From Clostridia bacterium (GTDB lineage: Bacteria; Bacillota; Clostridia; UBA1212; UBA1255): DNA of 64,000 nucleotides. Shown here piece by piece: positions 16,744 to 27,485 of this stretch. The position numbers and the translations under genes are program-made. Positions within the stretch are counted from its first letter, which is position 1; each line of letters starts with the position of its first letter. The stretch is from positions 1,386 to 65,385 of the forward strand of contig JAFYOJ010000090.1 in the NCBI GenBank assembly GCA_017560225.1, written 5' to 3'. The notes beneath the pieces are model-generated. The model saw nothing but the letters and a program-made list of their open reading frames with translations. It searched no databases and was not told where the DNA came from.

Positions 16744-18351
16744 TTATTCCCCGGAAGGTTCCTGAGAAGATTCTTCGGTAGGCTCATCAGAAGGCTCCTG
16801 GGAAGGTTGTTCCGTAGGTTCATCAGAAGGCTCTTGGGTAGGCTCTTCCGTAGGCGCATCAGAAGGCTCCTGGGAAGGTTCTTCCGTAGGTTCTCCGGAA
16901 GGCTCCTGAGAAGGTTCTTCTGTAGGTTCTTCAGAAGGTTCTTCGGAAGGTTCCTGGGAAGGAATGTCAGAAGGCTCTTCTGTCGGTGTTCCGGAAGGTG
17001 TCGCCGTAGGTTGTGTAGACGGCGGCGGTGACCATACCGGTTTAAGCGTAGGCGTTTGTGTAGGCTCCGAGGTGCTCGCATCTACGGTTTCTGATGCTGC
17101 AGGAATCGACGGAAGTGCCTGTTCGCCATCATTGGGCGTACTCAAATACTTATAACCAAGCACAATAAACAGAATAACAATAATCAAGCAAAGGGCGAAC
17201 ACAATCACTGCCGGCCAGATTTGCGCATCGGGAGAATCCGAATCTAATCCCAAGAAATTCTTTACCTTCGCCATAAAACCGGAGCTCTGCTTAGCCGTGC
17301 GGCGAGAAGAAACACGTCTGCGAACCGGCGCTACCGGCGCTACAGGATCCGCTTTCTCTTCGTCCATCACAAACAAAGAGGTCTTGGAAACAGGACGACT
17401 CGATGCAACACGGTCTTCCTGCGTACTCTCTTCCGTTCTCCAAGTATTGGGACGGGTATGAACATCTGCAGAAGCCATGGTAACGCCTGAAATGCTTGCA
17501 GGATCCACAACCGATTTGGGTGTATCCATCGCTGTCAGTACAACCAAAGTCGTATCTTCTTGAAAACCGGTTTCCGATACTTCTGCCATCAACTTATCAA
17601 TAATGTCAGCAGCAGTTTGGTTTTTCGAAAGAATTGCCTGAATATCTTCCGCAGTAATACTTTCACAAAAGGCATGGCTGCAAATCAAGAATACGTCACC
17701 TGCTTCTGCCGTCATTTCAAAAACAGCAGGATTCAACGGAGACGAGTCACTATGGATGCCCATATACTGCGTCAATTTGTGTCTTTTCGGATGGGCTGCC
17801 GCACGCTCTGCAGGAATCATGCCCGCATCCACCATCTTCTGGGCTTGCGTATGATCTTCAGAAATTTGCTGCAGCAATCCATTTCTAAAATGATAAATTC
17901 TGGTATTGCCCAAATTGGCGGTAACTACCCGCTTCCCTTTCACACAAATCATGGCAAGGGTCGCACGCAATTGGTCGTCCCCTAAATTAGATGCCTTTGC
18001 CTTAATCGTGTTATTTGCGGATTGGATATAGGTATTTACAAAACCCACCATATCCATACCTGCGGTAGATTTCCCTGCCTCTCGGGCTGCTGCAAGTTCC
18101 TGCAATTTCTTGCCATGGAACTTAAACAGGGTCTTCATAGCAGACAATGAAGCTTCTTCACTGTACGTATCTGCACCAAAGCCCTCACTAATGGCATATA
18201 ACTGAAGTCCTTTCTGATCTTTCTTCTGTGTCAGCAGGACTTGGGAGGAACAAAATTCCTCGGTTATGTATTTGGAATTTAAGTAGAAATTGTTGCTATT
18301 GTAGCTTTTCTTCTTGCCCGGACAAGTCGCCGCGGCTGCCCTATAAATCAT
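16744..18351 (-). CDS. Membrane-anchored PP2C-like (PPM) domain protein with a C-terminal Pro/Glu/Ser/Thr-rich tandem-repeat tail
   Basis: N-terminal about 270 aa aligns to bacterial PP2C (PrpC/Stp1): [25 protein letters not shown]. Several metal-binding positions are substituted (DGxGG -> EGFGA, GDSR -> GNTR, CSDG -> CSHA). A single TM helix ([23 protein letters not shown]) follows. The C-terminus is about six copies of [12 protein letters not shown]. Confidence 0.65.
   Translation of the reverse strand: MIYRAAAATCPGKKKSYNSNNFYLNSKYITEEFCSSQVLLTQKKDQKGLQLYAISEGFGADTYSEEASLSAMKTLFKFHGKKLQELAAAREAGKSTAGMDMVGFVNTYIQSANNTIKAKASNLGDDQLRATLAMICVKGKRVVTANLGNTRIYHFRNGLLQQISEDHTQAQKMVDAGMIPAERAAAHPKRHKLTQYMGIHSDSSPLNPAVFEMTAEAGDVFLICSHAFCESITAEDIQAILSKNQTAADIIDKLMAEVSETGFQEDTTLVVLTAMDTPKSVVDPASISGVTMASADVHTRPNTWRTEESTQEDRVASSRPVSKTSLFVMDEEKADPVAPVAPVRRRVSSRRTAKQSSGFMAKVKNFLGLDSDSPDAQIWPAVIVFALCLIIVILFIVLGYKYLSTPNDGEQALPSIPAASETVDASTSEPTQTPTLKPVWSPPPSTQPTATPSGTPTEEPSDIPSQEPSEEPSEEPTEEPSQEPSGEPTEEPSQEPSDAPTEEPTQEPSDEPTEQPSQEPSDEPTEESSQEPSGE
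16747..17010 (-). repeat. Roughly 36-nt in-frame tandem repeat (about 6-7 copies) encoding [12 protein letters not shown]-type units
   Basis: Visible nucleotide periodicity (ggttcttc[a/c]g[a/t]aggctcctg[g/a]gaa...) at the 3' end of the PP2C-like gene. Confidence 0.7.
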
Positions 18352-18467
18352 CTCAACACCTCATACTCCCACGATAAAATTATACAGACTGATTATAGCA
18401 CAAAAGAACAGCAAGAACAACACCCGGAACAATAAAAATAGGGTTTGGAAATATGCGCCAAAAAGCG

Positions 18468-19235
18468 TCAGGCAATCAGCGTAAAATGGAGAATTCCCAG
18501 TATTTCCCGCACCCAATATTCAGGTTGCATGGAGAAAGTTGTAAAGGTAAATGAGGTTACCGGAATTGCATACGCAGGATGATGAACGGCATTAGCGTGA
18601 AGATAGGCGCGAAGTTGATGGAAACCATCAGTTGCAATCAACATTGTTTCCGGCAAACCCTCCCGACGGATAATTTCGCCTGCATAGAGAATATTTTGTT
18701 TTGTATCACGAGACTGTTCCTCACAATAAATGCGTGTGGACGCAATGCCATTTTCCATTAAATACTTGCGCATCACGTAAGCTTCCGAATAAATTTCGTC
18801 GTCCCCCACCCCACCGGCGACCACCACCGGCGTTTCCGGGTGTTGCGTTAAATAAGAAAGGGCCGCATCCAAGCGAGCTTTCAGCACCCGAGAAGGACGC
18901 TCTCCGTGGATTTCGCAACCAAGGACCACCACTGTCCCCTGTATATCTGCAGGGGGTGTGTGGACATACCCAAACCAAATCATAAACCCGGAAATCATAA
19001 AGCCACATACGAAACAAGTCAAGAGGACACCGGAGGCCGTGTAGCGTAAAATGCGCAAAGCGATCGTCTTTTGCAATTGTGTCCAAAAGACCGAAAGAAG
19101 AAAGGCAAAGATGCCGAATAAAATCAGCGCACCATTCCCCGTATTCAGATGTCCGTAGAAACACAGGGGAAATATCCCACAAAAGAGAAAAAAGACAGCA
19201 ATTGTACGAACAACACCATGCAAAATACGTTTCAT
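18468..19235 (-). CDS. DUF218 / YdcF-SanA-ElyC family membrane protein
   Basis: N-terminal TM helices plus a DUF218-like core (VVVLGCEIHGERPSRVLKARLDAALSY...). Confidence 0.65.
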   Translation of the reverse strand: MKRILHGVVRTIAVFFLFCGIFPLCFYGHLNTGNGALILFGIFAFLLSVFWTQLQKTIALRILRYTASGVLLTCFVCGFMISGFMIWFGYVHTPPADIQGTVVVLGCEIHGERPSRVLKARLDAALSYLTQHPETPVVVAGGVGDDEIYSEAYVMRKYLMENGIASTRIYCEEQSRDTKQNILYAGEIIRREGLPETMLIATDGFHQLRAYLHANAVHHPAYAIPVTSFTFTTFSMQPEYWVREILGILHFTLIA

Positions 19236-19237
19236 CT

Positions 19238-20422
19238 TTACAGGCCCTCAAAAAAACCGCGTTTTCGCCGTAATGACACAGACAAAAGCACACCAATTGC
19301 AAAGAAATTGGTAATCATAGCACTTCCGCCTTTGCTGACAAAAGGCAACGGCAAACCTGTAATCGGCATAACGCCTAAATTCATACCGATATTTTCAAAG
19401 ATATTGAATAAGAACATGGCAAAAATACCGATGGCCACACATTGCCCAAACACATCGCGGGCGCGCATGGAAATATAGCACATGCGCAGCAATAAAACAG
19501 CAAATAACACAACCAGAAGAACCGTCAGGATAAATCCGCCCTCTTCTCCAATCACGGCAAAGATAGAGTCCGACAGTTTAACCAAGATCTTCTTGCCATT
19601 ATTCATAGGCCCTTCCCCAAGTCCCTTTCCAAATAACTGTCCGGAGCCGATGGCCGTTTCCGCGCGTCTTAATTGCAAAGAGAAATCCGAATATTTCTCA
19701 GGATCCATAAAAGCCAGCAATCGAGCCCGTCGCACACCGTTTATGTAGAATTTCCAAACAAAAGGCACCATACATACACCGGTTCCAATAATGGAAAGAA
19801 TGTACCACCATTTGGCGCGACCAATAAACAAAGTCATCAGAAAGGCAAAAGTCAATACCATCGCCTGACCGATATCCCGCTGCAGAAAAATCAACCCCAA
19901 CGGGATTAAATAGGCCACCAAAATTTTCGTTCCATTCGCACGGGTAAAGCCATCCTCTTGGGCTCGTTCCAATTCTTTTGCCACCACCAATACCATCGCT
20001 AATTTCATGAGCTCCGAAGGTTGGTACGTAATGACACCGAAATTAAGCCACGCCCGACTGCCATTCTCCTCAATGCCCAGCGGCGTATAGACGCACAGCA
20101 TCAATAAAACGTTCACTGCATAGAAAGGAACGGTAATATTCTTAAGCAGATTATAATCAAAAACCGCCATGACCACAGCACAGATTAAACCTAAAATCAA
20201 GCCTACAACCTGCACAATCATAGCGCCTGTACCGCCGTCGGCGTACATATTGTCCATAGCACTATCTAAGAAAACCAATCCAATGGCAGTAATTAAAAAC
20301 GCAACACCAAGAAGAAAGTAATCAAACTCCCCTAAGTAGTCAATTTCTTTATTCTTGGATACCGAGCGGAATAAGTTTCGCTGAGCAAAGCCATCCGAAC
20401 GGTTAAAACGATTGCGCCACAT
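19238..20422 (-). CDS. SEDS family peptidoglycan glycosyltransferase (FtsW/RodA/SpoVE)
   Basis: 394 aa, 10-TM SEDS topology and motifs. GGAGG RBS. Confidence 0.85.
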   Translation of the reverse strand: MWRNRFNRSDGFAQRNLFRSVSKNKEIDYLGEFDYFLLGVAFLITAIGLVFLDSAMDNMYADGGTGAMIVQVVGLILGLICAVVMAVFDYNLLKNITVPFYAVNVLLMLCVYTPLGIEENGSRAWLNFGVITYQPSELMKLAMVLVVAKELERAQEDGFTRANGTKILVAYLIPLGLIFLQRDIGQAMVLTFAFLMTLFIGRAKWWYILSIIGTGVCMVPFVWKFYINGVRRARLLAFMDPEKYSDFSLQLRRAETAIGSGQLFGKGLGEGPMNNGKKILVKLSDSIFAVIGEEGGFILTVLLVVLFAVLLLRMCYISMRARDVFGQCVAIGIFAMFLFNIFENIGMNLGVMPITGLPLPFVSKGGSAMITNFFAIGVLLSVSLRRKRGFFEGL

Positions 20423-20423
20423 A

Positions 20424-21356
20424 TTATTCCTCCGCGTCTAAACGCTCTCGCGTAGCCTCAAAACCCGTTGTTTCCGAATCAGACACATTCTCTGCCATTT
20501 GTTTCTTACGATAACGGACACGGAACACTGCAAACAACGCAATACCGCCCGCCACAAGAATCACGGATAACAACTGGGATACGCGAATGCCCGTGTTTCC
20601 GATCATCAAGCTGTCTGTACGCAAACCTTCCACAAAGGCGCGCTCCACCCCATATAAAATCATGTACAAACACACACATTCTCCGTTTGTTTTCTTCAAA
20701 CGGCTTCTGCGATAGAGCAATATGACAACAAAACCAACGAAACACCAAAGAGATTCGTATAAGAACGTAGGATGGACCAACGTATCTGCGCGCCATCCCC
20801 TATAAATATTCTCCACTGCAATTTGGTCACCGGTCATCCCCCAAGGCAATGTGGTCACCCCACCGTACGCCTCCTGGTTAAAGAAATTCCCCCACCGACC
20901 AATGGCCTGTCCCAATAAAATATACGGCATCGCAAAGTCTGCCAACTTTAAGAAACTCTGCTTCTTATAGCGGGATACCAAGAAAGCCGTAAGCAGCGCC
21001 GCAATAACACCGCCATACACTGCCAGTCCGCCTCCGCGAATATCGAATACGGAAAGCAAATCCTTCTTAAACCGTCCAAAATTGAATAAAACGTAGTAAA
21101 CCCTTGCGCCGATCACAGCAGCAGGCAAAGAAAACAAGGCATAATCCAATAAATCATCCTGCTCAATCTCATAACGGCGGCAAGCGCGCATCCCCAAGGC
21201 CACGCACAACAAGACGCCAAGACCGATCAGCAATCCGTACCAACGCACACTGAAACCAAAAATTTCAAAAGCTTCTTCGGATAAAGAAAATTTCAATCCG
21301 CCAAACAAGTTAGGAAATTCAACATAGCCTGTGTTAGCGCCAAGCAACTGCGTCAT
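20424..21356 (-). CDS. lgt: Prolipoprotein diacylglyceryl transferase
   Basis: Lgt signature GRWGNFFNQEAYG, plus a C-terminal acidic tail. Confidence 0.9.
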   Translation of the reverse strand: MTQLLGANTGYVEFPNLFGGLKFSLSEEAFEIFGFSVRWYGLLIGLGVLLCVALGMRACRRYEIEQDDLLDYALFSLPAAVIGARVYYVLFNFGRFKKDLLSVFDIRGGGLAVYGGVIAALLTAFLVSRYKKQSFLKLADFAMPYILLGQAIGRWGNFFNQEAYGGVTTLPWGMTGDQIAVENIYRGWRADTLVHPTFLYESLWCFVGFVVILLYRRSRLKKTNGECVCLYMILYGVERAFVEGLRTDSLMIGNTGIRVSQLLSVILVAGGIALFAVFRVRYRKKQMAENVSDSETTGFEATRERLDAEE

Positions 21357-22639
21357 AGACTGCGACTCCTTTCATTCTCCACCAGAGATACCGCCATGTC
21401 ACCCAAGAAAACTTCTCGAAAAACACGGTCCACTTCATCAAAAGTTATTGTACCACACGCGGTAAAATAGTCAAATGCCTGCACCCCTTGCAAAGAAGAC
21501 ACGCAAACCATGGTGCCCAAAGACTCGGGAGAATTCAATTTCTTCAACATTTTACCCGCTATAGACGCCCGCACCATCCGGAAATCCTCCAAATCCAAGC
21601 CGACTTTGGCAATCTGCGCCAAATGCCCGCGCACCCGGTTCTCCACCTCTTCCGGCCGTTCTGTTTCGCCGGAAATCATGGCCAGCGCAAACTCCCGCTC
21701 GATCTCGTAGGATGCACCAAATTCCTGGTTGATCAACCCTTCTGCGTACAATTGTTCATAGAAATCCGTATGTCTTCCAAATAACATTTCTTTCGCAATG
21801 GTGCCGGCTAAATCCCGACGTACCCGAGCAGCGCCCCGGTACGCTTCGTGCCGATCCTTGAAGGCAAAATGGAACAAAGGAAGAGACACATCCATATATT
21901 TTCGGTCCATTTTACCGTAAAGAACAGCGGGTTCCGGTTCCGAAATTCGTCTTACGCCGGGTAAAACATTCCCGGGAATTTCCACAGACTCCACCAAAGC
22001 CTGCACCGCAATCGGATCTTCATCCGCCACAATCGTCAAGCACATATTGTCCGGCCGATAGAAAGTGTTATAACACTTCATCAGCAAATCCCGATTGAGC
22101 CCTCGAATATCCTCCACACTGCCGGCAATGTCGTTTCGCACCGGATTTTTTTGATAAAGCAAGCGAATGACACCCAACATACTTTGGTAGTACGGGTCAT
22201 CTTCATACATGCGAATTTCCTGTTCAATAATCCCTTTCTCTTTCTCCACATTTTCCGGCGTCAGATGGGGGTGAAATACAAAGTGAAGCAACAACCGCAG
22301 GCAATCTTCAAAACGATCGGTGCAGTTAAAATAATAATACGTATTGCTGAAACCGGTGGCCGCATTGGGACTGGCCCCCATACGGGTGTATTTCTCCAAT
22401 ACGTTTCCGTCCTCTTGTTCAAACAATTTATGCTCCAAGAAATGGGCAATACCTTGCGGCACCGTGGTAATCGGCTCACCGGCAACTTGGAAACACGTGT
22501 TCACGGAGCCAAAGTCCACGCCAATAACCCCGAATTTTCGGGTGAAACCTTTCTTTTGAATCAAGATCACCGGCAAGCCGGAGGAATGTGTAAACGTATA
22601 GAGGGTTTCTCCTAAGCTACTATAAATCAACTTATCCAT
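21353..22639 (-). CDS. M16-family zinc peptidase (active subunit, HxxEH)
   Basis: HFLEH inverted zinc motif. Start set to ATG at M16 (AGGAGGGG RBS); the track M1 is TTG. Confidence 0.8.
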   Translation of the reverse strand: MDKLIYSSLGETLYTFTHSSGLPVILIQKKGFTRKFGVIGVDFGSVNTCFQVAGEPITTVPQGIAHFLEHKLFEQEDGNVLEKYTRMGASPNAATGFSNTYYYFNCTDRFEDCLRLLLHFVFHPHLTPENVEKEKGIIEQEIRMYEDDPYYQSMLGVIRLLYQKNPVRNDIAGSVEDIRGLNRDLLMKCYNTFYRPDNMCLTIVADEDPIAVQALVESVEIPGNVLPGVRRISEPEPAVLYGKMDRKYMDVSLPLFHFAFKDRHEAYRGAARVRRDLAGTIAKEMLFGRHTDFYEQLYAEGLINQEFGASYEIEREFALAMISGETERPEEVENRVRGHLAQIAKVGLDLEDFRMVRASIAGKMLKKLNSPESLGTMVCVSSLQGVQAFDYFTACGTITFDEVDRVFREVFLGDMAVSLVENERSRSL

Positions 22640-23918
22640 GCCGGAACCCCTCCTTGCTTGTAAGGAAATAAATTGTGTCTGCAACCACCCGCTGCGCCAC
22701 CCGAATTACGTCTTCTTTCGATACGCTTTGAATTTGTTCGATATACGTTTCTACAGACGTAGCTTTCTCCAGGAAGGATTGGCCAACGTAGTAATTCATC
22801 AACGAAAATTGCGTATCGGACAACCCCCGCAAACCATGGATGACCGTAGCCTTGGCGCCCTCTAATTCTGCCGCAGTAATATGACCCTGTTGTATTTCTT
22901 CCAATTGCGCCAGAATCAACCGCTGCGCTTGTTCTTTGTTCCCTACGTCGATGCCGGAAGTAACGTACATTAGTCCCTTGTACCGTTCCAATCGACTGGA
23001 GGCATAATATGCCAGAGAATGTTTCTCCCGAACGTTCATAAACAATTTAGACTGGGGGCCCCCACCAAAAAGAGTACTCATTACGTACAATGCCGGATAA
23101 TCCAATGAATCCGGTGCCGTATTGGTGCGAAAACCAATATTTAACTTGCCTTGAAGCACCTCTGCATATTCGGTCACTTCTTGAAGCGTACATTTTGGCA
23201 CTGCACGGTACCCCAAATCCAAGGGCTGTACACTTGCGCCGGAAGTCAGTACACCACCGGCTTCTAACTGTTCAATCAGCGCAGTGGGTTCTTGCATAGC
23301 ACAACAAAAAATGCGAACGGGCATCTTTTGTAAAAAGTTTTCTTGGTAATCTCTGTACAAAGTTTCCGGCGTCAGCCCATCTCCATCGCCTAAACTACCC
23401 AATTCGGAAATGCCGAAAGGTTCTTCTTTACACATGGTTTCAATGCATCGACGCATGGCATAACTTTGTTTATCATTGATTTCAGAGCGAATAAATTGAT
23501 CCGTGTTGCTCCGTTCTTGCCGGAAATAAGCCGGATCAAAACCTCCGGCATCCGAAACCACCGGATTGGTTATGATGTCAACTAAGAATTCACCCATTTG
23601 TCTGCCAATATCAGGACAGTTTTGTGCATAAGCGGGAGCAATATAGTCAGACTGAAACTGAAGGAGTTGAATCTCACCCCGTTTATCCACATCTACACCA
23701 AAACTTGCACCATATAAGCCCATTAAATGTTTGGTAACAGCACCGGTGGTGGGATATGTCTTACTTCCCCGATTCAAAACCATTGGAATCAAAGCATTTC
23801 CGTAGGCTTTTTCTTGGGTAAGGGGAGCACAAAAAGTCACCGATAAAGTTTCTGTCTTAAATTTATCTGTGGGCATATAGTACAAACGCACGCGGCCCTT
23901 TTCGTAAATTAAATGCAT
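22632..23918 (-). CDS. M16-family peptidase, non-catalytic partner subunit
   Basis: M16 fold without HxxEH. Start set to MHLIYEKGR (ATG 23918, AAAGGAA RBS) so it does not overlap ribF. Confidence 0.7.
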   Translation of the reverse strand: MHLIYEKGRVRLYYMPTDKFKTETLSVTFCAPLTQEKAYGNALIPMVLNRGSKTYPTTGAVTKHLMGLYGASFGVDVDKRGEIQLLQFQSDYIAPAYAQNCPDIGRQMGEFLVDIITNPVVSDAGGFDPAYFRQERSNTDQFIRSEINDKQSYAMRRCIETMCKEEPFGISELGSLGDGDGLTPETLYRDYQENFLQKMPVRIFCCAMQEPTALIEQLEAGGVLTSGASVQPLDLGYRAVPKCTLQEVTEYAEVLQGKLNIGFRTNTAPDSLDYPALYVMSTLFGGGPQSKLFMNVREKHSLAYYASSRLERYKGLMYVTSGIDVGNKEQAQRLILAQLEEIQQGHITAAELEGAKATVIHGLRGLSDTQFSLMNYYVGQSFLEKATSVETYIEQIQSVSKEDVIRVAQRVVADTIYFLTSKEGFRHG

Positions 23919-23931
23919 AGATGAATTCCTT

Positions 23932-24882
23932 TCACTGAAGCACTGCATCCTCCATAGACGCACGCTTCGCAACATCTTTGCCCAGCTGGGTTTGCAGCGC
24001 TTCCACGCTCTCAAATTTACATTCTCCCCGCATCTTACACAAGAAATACACTTCAATGGCAGCCCCGTACAAAGCGCCTTCAAAATCCAGGAGGAAAGTT
24101 TCCACGGTTACGTGACGAATCCCTGCAAAAGTAGGATTATTGCCAATATTGGTAACACTTCTGTACGCCTTTCCGTTTCGCACCGTCACAGTTGCATATA
24201 CGCCGAAATCCGGCAAGGCAAATCCTTCTCGCGGTAAAATGTTGGCGGTAGGATAACCTAAACTTCGGCCTACGTGTCTTCCTTCCACCACGTGTCCGGG
24301 AATCGAGTAATAATGGCCGGCAAGATCTGCAAAATCTTCCATACGTCCTTCCCGAATCATACGACGAAGGACCGTACTGGAAACCACCACCGATTCCTCG
24401 GTGTCACCAAGATTGCGCATTACGTGGGGGACCGCAATTACGTCAAAACCGTACACTTGGCCCAGCTTCGTCAATAATTCCGCATTGCCTTTCCCAAAAC
24501 TGCCGAAGGAATAATTATGGCCCACAACTACCACTTGGGCTTGCAGTTTCTTTACCAAAATTTCCTTCACAAAAACTTCAGGCTCCATAGAAGCGTATGC
24601 GTGGTCAAAATGTTCAAAATAGAGTTCATCAATCCCCTGTGCTTCCACAAGAGCAGATTTCTGTTCATTGGTAATGATCAGAGGCGTTTCCGCAATCTTC
24701 CCTAAGATATGATTGGGATGATTTGCAAAAGTATACACCATTGCAGAGATGCCCCGTTGGTCGCAAGCCGCTTTCAGCACACGCATCAATTCCGCGTGGC
24801 CAATATGGACACCGTCAAAATTGCCTAATCCCACACCCCGTTTGATATCTGCGGGTTTCATTTGATTGGTGTAGATTTGCAT
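23932..24882 (-). CDS. ribF: Bifunctional riboflavin kinase / FMN adenylyltransferase
   Basis: GNFDGVHIGH (adenylyltransferase HxGH) and a C-terminal flavokinase domain (PTANI...E). The track M1 is GTG; the first ATG is used. Confidence 0.85.
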   Translation of the reverse strand: MQIYTNQMKPADIKRGVGLGNFDGVHIGHAELMRVLKAACDQRGISAMVYTFANHPNHILGKIAETPLIITNEQKSALVEAQGIDELYFEHFDHAYASMEPEVFVKEILVKKLQAQVVVVGHNYSFGSFGKGNAELLTKLGQVYGFDVIAVPHVMRNLGDTEESVVVSSTVLRRMIREGRMEDFADLAGHYYSIPGHVVEGRHVGRSLGYPTANILPREGFALPDFGVYATVTVRNGKAYRSVTNIGNNPTFAGIRHVTVETFLLDFEGALYGAAIEVYFLCKMRGECKFESVEALQTQLGKDVAKRASMEDAVLQ

Positions 24883-24902
24883 ATCCCGTCTCAACCTCAC
24901 TC

Positions 24903-26465
<1,563 letters not shown>

Positions 26466-26602
26466 GGATTCACCAACCTATGTAAAATTATAAATATTGA
26501 GTATTTTCTTGTTCTGCAATGAAAAATAGAAAAAAGAATAATAAAAAGACTACAAATGAATGGATAATCTATCCAACATTGTAGCCTTTTTTGCCAAAAT
26601 TG

Positions 26603-27481
26603 TCAACCTTGCACCGCTTGTATTAAACTTCTGCCCACATCATGCAAAAGTTTTGCCCCGGATAACTGCGCACCGGCCGGAAGACGGGCACAAAGACTGT
26701 TTGCCTCAAAAGTCATATCCCCTTGGTAACCGATTTCCCGAAGGGCCTGCGTCACACCGGCAAAATCAATGCGCATGGTGTACGGCAATGCGTGATTGTC
26801 TTCCTTAAAATTGTTGTCGTGTACATGAAGAGCCTGCAACCGATCCCGGCCCAACATCTTAATGATGCGGGGTAAATCTTCATCCACCAAAGGTACGTGA
26901 CCAATATCCAAACACCCTACAATCCACGGGCTTCCGATACGGTCAATGTACCGGCAAAATTCCTCCGCTTTGGAACAAGTGCTGTCAACAATACGGCATT
27001 TTTCCGGATCATACTGCCACATATTTTCCACCGCCACACGAATTCCGAATTGCTCACAGTAAGGAATTAAACTCCGGTAGAACTGGATGTTCATTTCTTC
27101 CAATCGCTCCGGATTTCCCGGTTCCCGATAAGTTAAATGCTGCTTAGGATGAACCACAATAATCTTTGCCCCTGCAATGGCCGCAATTTCCATAGAGCGA
27201 ACAATCTGTCCGTAAATCACGGCATCTTGCTCAGGATCCCCTACGCTGCTGGGGAATGGTGCGTGTGCCTGATTACAGACGATCCCCGCCCGGTCGGCTG
27301 CTTGTCGAAGTGCTTCCGCATAGGCGCGATAATCGTCCTTGCAAAAAGGGCAATTTACATCACGCCCCATGGCAAACAAAGATAGATCATAGGCATCAAA
27401 ACCGGCCTTCGCCAACATTTCTACCGCCGGAATTTCTCCCAATGTGCGGGACAATGAACTAATTTCCGTAGATAGCAACAT
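26603..27481 (-). CDS. Sugar phosphate isomerase/epimerase (xylose-isomerase-like TIM barrel)
   Basis: AP-endonuclease-2 / xylose-isomerase-like TIM-barrel pattern (VHPK..., VAVENM, HVHDNN). Confidence 0.65.
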   Translation of the reverse strand: MLLSTEISSLSRTLGEIPAVEMLAKAGFDAYDLSLFAMGRDVNCPFCKDDYRAYAEALRQAADRAGIVCNQAHAPFPSSVGDPEQDAVIYGQIVRSMEIAAIAGAKIIVVHPKQHLTYREPGNPERLEEMNIQFYRSLIPYCEQFGIRVAVENMWQYDPEKCRIVDSTCSKAEEFCRYIDRIGSPWIVGCLDIGHVPLVDEDLPRIIKMLGRDRLQALHVHDNNFKEDNHALPYTMRIDFAGVTQALREIGYQGDMTFEANSLCARLPAGAQLSGAKLLHDVGRSLIQAVQG

Positions 27482-27485
27482 ACAA

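Noticed and set aside
16710-17081. 123-aa minus-strand ORF rich in RRLL/RNL repeats, and plus-strand 16807..17031 RRFF-repeat ORF
   Set aside because: Alternative reading frames of the 36-nt tandem repeat. The PE-rich frame is contiguous with the PP2C-like protein and is the real one.
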